The notes under the pieces are model-generated. The model was not told where the DNA came from. It made no database searches and worked only from the letters and a program-made list of their open reading frames with translations. Of a stretch of DNA of 49,910 nt, positions 18,069-26,300 are shown piece after piece. The translations under genes and the position numbers were made by a program. Within the stretch, counting starts at the first letter, position 1. Each line of letters starts with the position of its first letter. This DNA is from Planctomycetales bacterium (GTDB taxonomy: Bacteria > Planctomycetota > Planctomycetia > Pirellulales > Pirellulaceae), in contig JAGQOZ010000001.1 of the NCBI GenBank assembly GCA_020426955.1, positions 1 to 49,910 of the forward strand, written 5' to 3'.

Positions 18069-19361
18069 CTAATACGTCAGCGCCTTGTCGGAAATGTCTT
18101 TGCGACACCACGCTCCGTCCCAGCGAATGCAGCGTACTGCCTTATAAGCCTGCAACTTGGCGGCGGAAATGGAATCTCCCATTGCTGTTACGCCCAGCAC
18201 GCGTCCGCCGGCGGTGACAATTCGGCCGTCCGAATCGCGTTTGGTACCGGCGTGAAAAACCTTGACGTCGGGCATCGCGGCCGCTTCACGAAGGCCTCGA
18301 ATGACGTGCCCTTTTTCGTACGAACCAGGATAGCCTTCGCTGGCCATCACTACGCATACCGATGGACGAGGATCCCATTCCAGTGAACCAATTTCGTCTA
18401 ATCGGCCGTCCACCGTCGCTTCGATAATGTCCATCAAATCCGTCTTCAACCGCATCAATAATGGCTGACATTCGGGATCGCCAAAACGCACGTTGTATTC
18501 CAGGACCTTGGGGCCTTGATTGGTCATGATTAGCCCGGCGTACAAGACGCCTGTGAACGGATGCCGGCCACGCTTCAACGCATGAACCGTGGGCACTAAG
18601 ACTTGTTCCTGTATGAATGACATTACTTTGTCATCCACCAGCTTGGTCGGGCAATAGGCTCCCATGCCTCCAGTGTTAGGACCTTGATCTCCATCGTACG
18701 CAGGCTTGTGATCTTGCGCCGGCGACAGGGTAACGATGGTTTGTCCGTCCGTAATGGCAATCACGCTTGCTTCGTCGCCGTCTAGACGCTCTTCAATGAC
18801 GATCTGAGCGCCGGCCGTACCAAATTCATTGCCAGACAGCCGATCAATCGCCTGCATAGCCTGTGCACGTTTGGAGCAGACGATCACGCCCTTACCCGCC
18901 GCCAGACCGTCTGCTTTGACCACTACGGGCACATCTTCAGTGTCGCTGGGATAGCGATCAGCAATAAACCGCTTGGCACTATCTGCGCTACGAAAAACCT
19001 GGTAGTCGGCCGTCGGCACATCCGCCTGACGCAACAGATTCTTGCAAAAGACTTTGCTCGCCTCTAACTGCGCTGCCGATTTGGACGGTCCAAAGATACG
19101 CAGTTTTTCGGTTCGAAACGCATCGACAATTCCAAGCGAAAGCGGAGCTTCCGGGCCGACCACCGTCAGTTCGACCTGATTTTGTCGGCAAAATTTGACA
19201 AGCGAAGCAAAATCGGCCGGGTCAATTGCCACATTTTCCGCATCTTCTTGTGTACCCGCGTTTCCGGGGGCCACGAAAACTCGGTCCACTCGGCTACTCT
19301 GCTTCAGCTTCCATGCCAAGGCATGCTCTCGACCGCCATTTCCCACAACCAATACGTTCAT
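18069..19361 (-). CDS. purD: phosphoribosylamine--glycine ligase
   Basis: MNVLVVGNGGREHALAWKL N-terminus and ATP-grasp core (VVVKADGLAAGKGV, GPNTGGMGAY, LYAGLMxT-like). I chose the second ATG of ATGATG (19361) because of the spacing from GAGGGA. Confidence 0.9.
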   Translation of the reverse strand: MNVLVVGNGGREHALAWKLKQSSRVDRVFVAPGNAGTQEDAENVAIDPADFASLVKFCRQNQVELTVVGPEAPLSLGIVDAFRTEKLRIFGPSKSAAQLEASKVFCKNLLRQADVPTADYQVFRSADSAKRFIADRYPSDTEDVPVVVKADGLAAGKGVIVCSKRAQAMQAIDRLSGNEFGTAGAQIVIEERLDGDEASVIAITDGQTIVTLSPAQDHKPAYDGDQGPNTGGMGAYCPTKLVDDKVMSFIQEQVLVPTVHALKRGRHPFTGVLYAGLIMTNQGPKVLEYNVRFGDPECQPLLMRLKTDLMDIIEATVDGRLDEIGSLEWDPRPSVCVVMASEGYPGSYEKGHVIRGLREAAAMPDVKVFHAGTKRDSDGRIVTAGGRVLGVTAMGDSISAAKLQAYKAVRCIRWDGAWCRKDISDKALTY

Positions 19362-19723
19362 CATTTCCCTCGAAACTGTACAGAACGTTCGCAATTCCAA
19401 TCGAAACATGAAGAGAAGACTTCGGCTGTGATTCTAAGGACCACAGCTCCATCTCAACACCCGGCATTGCCAATTGTCTAAAACATCCGGCCAGCCGCCA
19501 ATCAAATCACGCCGGGGTCTAATGCAAAAACTCGGTCCGGATTTCGTTTGTCACGGCCTGTTAACCGCGTGCCGATTTCGCAATACTATTTGACTTGATT
19601 CGGCAGCAGTTCATCGGTCGCGACGTGAGCAATTTAGAACAAAGATATCCCAAATTGACTACAACCAACTTGCCTAGCATCATTGCTCGCGTCGATCGAA
19701 ACCAGATTTACGGCAATGTCGGG

Positions 19724-19751
19724 TTGACAAGAATTTGTACAAGGCTAAAAC
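19724..19751 (+). promoter_or_regulatory. candidate sigma70-type promoter for the respiratory cluster (TTGACA-N16-TAAAAC)
   Basis: TTGACA at 19724..19729, a 16-nt spacer, then TAAAAC at 19746..19751, about 160 nt upstream of the Rieske start. This is a pattern match only. Planctomycete promoter consensus is poorly known. Confidence 0.3.
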
Positions 19752-19764
19752 TTTGAAGAGACTT

Positions 19765-19780
19765 TGTGAAAAATGTCACA
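19765..19780. promoter_or_regulatory. perfect CRP/FNR-family-type palindrome TGTGA-N6-TCACA
   Basis: The sequence cttTGTGAaaaatgTCACAagg has 6-bp perfect arms, TTGTGA/TCACAA. It is centred ~137 nt upstream of the Rieske ATG, in the 548-bp divergent purD/Rieske intergenic region. Confidence 0.35.
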
Positions 19781-19909
19781 AGGATCGGAAAACTCTACCG
19801 ATAAGTGCTTATCGTTAACGATGCCAACGAGTTGCGTTCATTTTTTTCGAGTTGGCAAGACAAGTTGATCACTTGGAATAGGCGTTAGACGCCACGCGAG
19901 AAGTTACGT

Positions 19910-21031
19910 ATGGCTGACAAAGATAAAATGTCCATCCAGGACATTCTGGCCGCCTGCCGTGGGGACGGTGGCGGAACACCAGACGCTGCAAAAGCGAACG
20001 ATGAATCATCCGGCGCAGAAGCGGCGAAGCCCGCAGCGACACCGGCAAAACCTGCGGGTCAAGCAAAGCCTGCGGGTCAAATGAGTGTCGAAGATATTCT
20101 GGCGGCGGCACGAGGGGGTTCTTCTGCGGCATCCGGATCTGGTCAAGAGGCCGGTACCAGCAAGCCGGTAGCGTCGAACAAAAGTCCGGGCGAAATGAGC
20201 GTTTCGGATATTTTGGCGGCGGCACGAGGTGACGGCGGTGGTGCTGCGAAGCCAGCTTCTTCATCTGCCAAGAAGGCCGCGCCGAAACCAGCTGCTGCGG
20301 CAGGCGACAAAACAGCGCCTAAAGCCAGCGCGCCGGTTCGAACTGGCCCCATGGATACGTCCAGTATTCTGGCGGCTGCCAGGGGTGGTGCGAAGCCGGG
20401 ACCTATTTCCAAGGCGGAAGCGGCAGCCCAGGGTAAACCGACCGCGCCAAAGTTGACCGCGCCACCGATGCCGCAAAAACCTGCTTACGCGTCCCCGAAA
20501 GCAAAACCTTCTAAGGCCACAGAAACTCGCCGAGGATTCTTTTCGGTTTTCCTCGGTTCGTTCTTAGCTGTTGGCTTCACGACGCTCTCGCTTACCAATC
20601 TCTTGTGGGTATTGGGATTAGCTCGCTTTTTCTTCCCCAATATTTTGATCGAACCGCCCAGTCGGTTCAAAGTTGGGTTTCCCAGCGATTTTCCGCCAGG
20701 TGCTGTGGCAACCAAATTCAAAGCCCAGTTTGGCGTCTGGGTAACCAATGTTGAATGGGACGGACAGCGACAGCTTGTTGCACTCAAGACCGTATGTACG
20801 CATCTAGGCTGCACGCCCAACTGGCTGGAGGCAGAACAAAAATTCAAATGCCCGTGCCACGGAAGTGGTTTTTACATTGACGGAGTCAACTTTGAAGGCC
20901 CGGCACCTCGTCCGTTGGAACGCTATGCCATTCGAGTTGCCGACGATGGGCAGTTGGAGATCGATAAAAGCAAGACGTTCCAGCAGGAGCTAGGACAGTG
21001 GTCCGATACGGCTTGCTACGTACCGGTGTAG
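19910..21031 (+). CDS. Rieske [2Fe-2S] subunit of a cytochrome bc/b6f-type complex, with a ~205-aa N-terminal low-complexity repeat extension
   Basis: Cluster-binding boxes CTHLGCTPNW and CPCHGSGF. Tat motif plus anchor ETRRGFFSVFLGSFLAVGFTTL. The N-terminus has four copies of the MS-x-x-DILAAARG module in an Ala/Pro/Lys-rich context. Confidence 0.9.
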   Translation: MADKDKMSIQDILAACRGDGGGTPDAAKANDESSGAEAAKPAATPAKPAGQAKPAGQMSVEDILAAARGGSSAASGSGQEAGTSKPVASNKSPGEMSVSDILAAARGDGGGAAKPASSSAKKAAPKPAAAAGDKTAPKASAPVRTGPMDTSSILAAARGGAKPGPISKAEAAAQGKPTAPKLTAPPMPQKPAYASPKAKPSKATETRRGFFSVFLGSFLAVGFTTLSLTNLLWVLGLARFFFPNILIEPPSRFKVGFPSDFPPGAVATKFKAQFGVWVTNVEWDGQRQLVALKTVCTHLGCTPNWLEAEQKFKCPCHGSGFYIDGVNFEGPAPRPLERYAIRVADDGQLEIDKSKTFQQELGQWSDTACYVPV

Positions 21032-21087
21032 GTCGACCGTTCGACCGATTCGTTTTTGATCGTTCATAAAGCTACAGAGTTTTTAAG

Positions 21088-21864
21088 ATGGCTTCACTTG
21101 GCGAAGTAATTCGTAATTCGCAGATTTGGAAGAGTATTTTTCGGCACCCAATGCCGGTGGATCGAAGAAATCGAATTGTGGTCATGTTGACCAACTTCTT
21201 CCTTCACCTTCATCCGGTGTCGATCAAAAAGCAGGGAATTGCGCTTAGTTACACTTGGTGCATGGGCGGGGTAACGTTTTTCTTGTTTCTGGTGGAAACG
21301 GTGACTGGCGTGCTGCTGATGTTCTATTATCGTCCAACTTTGGAATGGGCGTACACGGACATTCTGGCGTTACGAGACGTCACGTCGTTGGGCATTCTGC
21401 GCGAAATTCACCGCTGGGGCGCCCATGCAATGGTGATTGCGGTTTGGCTGCACATGTATCGAGTCTTCCTGACGGGCAGTTATAAGCCACCTCGTGAATT
21501 CAATTGGGTCATTGGTGTTGTCCTCCTGCTTTTGACGCTATTGCTCTCGTTTACCGGTTATTTGCTCCCCTGGGACCAACTGGCCATCTGGGCCATCACC
21601 GTCGGTTCCAATATGGCACGAGCAACCCCGTTTCTCGGTTCCGAAGGTCCTGGTGCCGCACTTCTGAATGTGGGCGGTATCGATATGATCACCATGGGAT
21701 CGGACGCTCGCTACGGACTGTTAGCCGCTCGATTTGTGGGCGAAGAAACGCTCAACCGATTCTACATCCTGCATTGCATCGCTATTCCGTTGGTGGTTGC
21801 GTTGCTGCTTGCCATCCATTTTTGGCGAGTGCGTAAGGATGGTGGTATTAGCGGTCCCCTGTAA
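21088..21864 (+). CDS. cytochrome b, N-terminal (b6-like, 4-TM, haem-binding) subunit
   Basis: [60 protein letters not shown] has the conserved His pairs and the PWDQ motif of cytochrome b/b6. Confidence 0.9.
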   Translation: MASLGEVIRNSQIWKSIFRHPMPVDRRNRIVVMLTNFFLHLHPVSIKKQGIALSYTWCMGGVTFFLFLVETVTGVLLMFYYRPTLEWAYTDILALRDVTSLGILREIHRWGAHAMVIAVWLHMYRVFLTGSYKPPREFNWVIGVVLLLLTLLLSFTGYLLPWDQLAIWAITVGSNMARATPFLGSEGPGAALLNVGGIDMITMGSDARYGLLAARFVGEETLNRFYILHCIAIPLVVALLLAIHFWRVRKDGGISGPL

Positions 21865-21934
21865 TTGTTTTTTCCGAAACTCATTCACTTGGTCCGACGA
21901 GCGGATTCAGTAGGTTCTCAAAGAAGAGACTCTT

Positions 21935-23281
21935 ATGCACGGAAACGAAGATCAATTTCTCCGAGGAATATCGGGCTTCCTGGGCAGCTACTTTCTTTGT
22001 CTGGCGGCCATGAATGCCATTGCTGCTTTTTATTGCTGGAAGCGATTGGGAAAGTCCAATCTGAGCCTACTTTGGTTGGCATTCTCGGGCGTATTCTTGA
22101 TCATGGCGCCGTTCGGATACGCGGGTGCCAATGGCACGCCTCAGTTGATGAAGTGGATTGGTGTACCGGAAACATTCCGTAACTTCGTCGATTCGCAACT
22201 GGCCAATGCCGTGGCCTATACGTTGGGAACGACCATTACGTTGATCGTGCTGTTTGTCTTTCGTAAGTTCTTTGTCAAACCTGTGATCGCGTGGTTGATG
22301 CTGAACGGAGCCTTGGCGTTCATGGGAATGTCGATGATCGATCCGGAATTCGCATCGATTGTTGGCAAGCCTGACAACGTTCCTATTGTGATGATGGTGT
22401 TCCTACTGGGATTCTTTACTTGGCTGGCAACGTACCGCGCTGTTCAGAACGATGAACGGAAGGAACAAGGCCTGGAATCGCTGGAAGCAGTGGACAACGA
22501 AAAGATTTTGGTGTGGCCTGACTTGGTATACACCGAAATGATTTGCATGGTAGCACTGACTGCCTTCTTGATTCTCTGGGCTATTGGATTGCAGGCCCCA
22601 TTGGAGGAACCGGGCAGTTTGGTCAAGACACCTAACCCATCGAAAGCGCCGTGGTATTTCCTTGGGCTACAGGAGATGTTGGTGTACTTCGATCCGTGGA
22701 TGGCAGGTGTGGTTCTACCGAGCTTAGTTGTTGCTGGGTTGATGGCCATTCCGTTTTTGGATTTCAACAAGGCCGGAAATGGTTATTACACCATTAACGA
22801 ACGAAAGTTCGCGTACCTGATTTTTCAATTTGGCTTTCTCGAATTGTGGGTGACGTTGATCATCCTGGGGACGTTTCTACGTGGCCCCAACTGGAATTTT
22901 TTCGGCCCTTACGAAATCTGGGACGTCCATAAAGTTGAAGCACAAAACAACGTCGACCTGTCTCGCATGTTTTGGGAAGGTTTGCTGCAACGCCAAATGC
23001 CCATGCCATCGACCGAAGCATCGACGCTCTCCCAACTGGGAACGATCCTCGTTCGCGAATCGCCTGGCATTCTTTTGACCATCGCCTATTTTGTGCTGAC
23101 CCCTCCATTATTAGCCATGACGTTACTGAAACGGTTTTATGTCCGAATGGGCTTGATTCGTTTCATGGTGATGTCCAATCTGTTGTTGTTTATGGTCTTG
23201 CTTCCCATCAAGATGGTTTTGCGTTGGACCATTACGCTCAAATACATCATTAGTATCCCTGAATATTTCCTGAATCTTTAG
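21935..23281 (+). CDS. cytochrome b C-terminal / b6f subunit-IV-like protein, expanded to ~10 TM helices
   Basis: PNPSKAPWYFLGLQEMLVYF matches the PEWYF-type Qo-site motif of subunit IV and the cytochrome b C-terminus. It is flanked by about 5 extra N-terminal and 2-3 extra C-terminal hydrophobic helices. Confidence 0.8.
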   Translation: MHGNEDQFLRGISGFLGSYFLCLAAMNAIAAFYCWKRLGKSNLSLLWLAFSGVFLIMAPFGYAGANGTPQLMKWIGVPETFRNFVDSQLANAVAYTLGTTITLIVLFVFRKFFVKPVIAWLMLNGALAFMGMSMIDPEFASIVGKPDNVPIVMMVFLLGFFTWLATYRAVQNDERKEQGLESLEAVDNEKILVWPDLVYTEMICMVALTAFLILWAIGLQAPLEEPGSLVKTPNPSKAPWYFLGLQEMLVYFDPWMAGVVLPSLVVAGLMAIPFLDFNKAGNGYYTINERKFAYLIFQFGFLELWVTLIILGTFLRGPNWNFFGPYEIWDVHKVEAQNNVDLSRMFWEGLLQRQMPMPSTEASTLSQLGTILVRESPGILLTIAYFVLTPPLLAMTLLKRFYVRMGLIRFMVMSNLLLFMVLLPIKMVLRWTITLKYIISIPEYFLNL

Positions 23282-23334
23282 TCGGTGATTTCGCGTCTGT
23301 TAGCATTAAGGATGTGAGTCGGAGGCTTTATTAA

Positions 23335-26300
23335 ATGCCAGCTAGTGAAAAAACTTGGCGAGATCAACGTACATTGCACGTTGTGTTCGGTTGCACGGGT
23401 GTCGTGCTCTTGATTGCGACGATTTGGATGTTCGCAAAGGATCATTCTCGTGAATGGAAAACCTACCAACGTTTGAATCGAGAAATCGAGACTCGTTTGA
23501 CGTCGTGGCGACTGGAGGCTGACGAATCCGACGACAAACGGTTGCAGTTGTCTGAACTAGACGACAAGCTTCAACTAGCCCTGGCGACGCCGCCTGCGCA
23601 GCCTCTGTTCTCTGAGTTCGTTGCGGCCTTAGACGAATCAGACGCAGACCTGAAATCCGCATTGGAGAGTCAATACCAAGAACTTAAGGCGGCCAGCGGT
23701 GCCGATTCCGCCGAAGGCAAGCCCAGCGAACAAGCATTGAAATTGCGCAAGGATTTGTTCAATGAAATGGATCGCGTAGTCAGCAATGCTAAGTTTCGCG
23801 AGGCTCGGGCGCTTGGCCTGCGAAAATTCAAATCCGCTGATTACGATGAGCAACGCGCCAACTATGATTTGGGCGTTCGCGACGCCGTGATGGACGCCGA
23901 ACTGAACCAACTGATGGAAAAGGCATTCCAGGAACGCAATGACCGTGACGAATTGACGTTGGAGTACCAGGACGCCACCGCCTATCGCGTGAAACTGCAG
24001 GGCTTGTTGCGTTCGATGCAGGATGATGAATCGGCCGTTCGAAAGCAGATTGACGATGTCCAATTAGAATACAACCGACTGAAAACATCGCTGGAAGAAC
24101 GTGACGCGACGTACTTCACTAGCACCTTCCCTTTCTTGGGAAAACGAGTTTTAGAATTGCCGATTTTCGACGCATTCAATTCGCCATTGAAGGTCCAAAA
24201 CTTATGGACGGATGGCCTGACTCAGCCAATGGGAAGTTTTCGTCAGGTACGGCGATTTGATCGCTGTACTACTTGTCATCAGAACGTGGAAAAAACAGCA
24301 CCTGGTTCCGCTGTCAAGCCCGCCTACGAACATCAGCATATTACACGCTTGACGTTGAAAACCCCGCAGTCCGCGCCTGCGGGTGATGCAACTCTGGTCG
24401 ACGTCTACGGCCTTCAATTCGCTGCTCGCGGCTTGGTCGAATTCGATGACGTAACCGTTAAGAACGTACTGCCAGAATCACTGGCAGCGACGGCTCGAGC
24501 ACAATCGGCTGATCAATCGAATGGCATCCAGGTTGGAGATATCATTGTTCGCATTTCTGGGAACGAGATCTTCTCGGAAGAACAGGCCACGCGATTGCTT
24601 TTGACGGATTTTGAACCCGGGCAACCGTTGACAGTTGAGGTGCTGCGAGGCTTGCCGCATCCTTTTGCCAGCCATCCTCGGTTGGACCTTTTCGTCGGTT
24701 CGCTTAGCCCTCATAAGCTGTCTGTTTTTGGCTGCACTGTCTGCCACGAAGGACAAGGCTCGGCTACCGACTTCAAATGGGTTTCGCATTCACCCAGCAA
24801 TCCTCGTCAAGAAGAACAATGGATCGATAAATACGGTTGGTTTAACAACCATCACTGGATCTACCCCATGTTTCCGGCTCGTTTTGCGGAAAGCGCTTGT
24901 TTGAAGTGTCACCACAGCGTGGTTGAATTGCGTCCCAGTGAACGATTCCCCGAAGCGCCGGCACCCAAGCTAATGGCAGGCTATGACCTCATTACGTCGT
25001 ACGGTTGCTTCGGCTGCCATGAAATCAATGGCTACAATGGTCCCGCGTCCATTGGCCCCGACATGCGACTGGAGCCCAATTATTTTGCTGCGGCTGCGGC
25101 GGTAAAAACGGATCCTGCTTTCGCCGCTTTGGATCAGGAAAAACAGGATTGGATCCAAACGCTGGTTCAACACCCTGAACAGACTTCGGTCCGACGTAAG
25201 CTTCGTGAATTCATCAAGACGGATGCAGCTTCGGACACACCGTTGTTGACGACCACCTCTCACAAGATGGCGTCCGTTCTGGATGACGTCGAGTCGCCTG
25301 GGACGATGCGAAAGGTCGGGCCTAGCCTGCGTCACATTGGGGCTAAAAATGGCAAGACGTTTTTATACGACTGGATTCGCGACCCATCGCATTTCCGTCC
25401 ATCGACCAAAATGCCTCGTTTTTTCGGCCACTGGGATCACTTGAACGAAGAAGAACGCGCTGTTTCAGAACGTTTCGAACCGATCGAAATTCTAGGGACC
25501 GTTCAGTTCCTGTTAACAATGAGTCAATCGTATGAAGCGGAAACACCGTCGGTCGAAATCAGCGACGATCCCGAGATGATTGAACGAGGGAAGCTGGCGT
25601 TTGAGACGCGAGGTTGCTTGGCGTGCCATCAGCACGACGACTTTCCGTATGCTCAGGCCACCAAAGCACCAGACCTTACGGGCATCGGCAACAAGTTTGC
25701 CATGGATGACAATCCAGACGCAAAGTTGTGGCTGTACAATTGGCTCAAAAATCCGTCTAACTATCACCCTAGAACCAGCATGCCCGACCTGATCTTGGAA
25801 CCTATCCAGGATACTGACGGAAACACGACCGATCCCGCAGCCGATATCGCGGCATATCTGCTTTCATCCACCACGGATTGGCAAGTTGCAGAAGCGACCG
25901 AAAAGGGGCTCAATGTTGACGAAGCGGCACTGAATGACTTGGTCTTAGAGCATCTTAAGTCCAAGATTTTCATTCGCGACGCTGAACAAGCAATCAGCAA
26001 TGGACGCATTCCAGATGAAGTGGCCGCAACGCTTTCTGGTGCGGAGCTGCAGTTGGTCGGTGACCAATTGGATACTCAGAAGAAGCTGATGTATATCGGC
26101 GAGAAGACTATTGGAAAATTCGGTTGCTATGCTTGCCATGACATTCCCGGCTTTGAAGATGCAAAACCGATTGGTGCGGCGCTCGCAGATTGGGGCCGCA
26201 AGGAACCGTCCAAAATTGCGTTCGAACATATTGTGGAATACCTCCATGAAGGACAGCATGGGCACGGTGCTCATGTGTCCGATGGCGAAGCAGATCACGA

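Noticed and set aside
19362-19560. Possible ZTP (pfl) purine riboswitch in the purD leader (minus strand reads ...GGCCGTGACAAACGAAATCCGGACCGAG...GGCGGCTGGCCGG)
   Set aside because: The resemblance to the conserved GGGUCGUGACUGGCG ... CCGCCUGGGC elements is only loose. The pseudoknot-forming UGGCG/CGCC pairing is not present, so I do not call it.
19928-20480. Repetitive GC-rich DNA that might be taken for a VNTR, CRISPR-like or non-coding tandem repeat
   Set aside because: The repeats are irregularly spaced (153, 114 and 156 nt). They diverge at synonymous sites and lie in frame within the Rieske ORF, which continues into Tat and 2Fe-2S motifs. This is a coding repeat.
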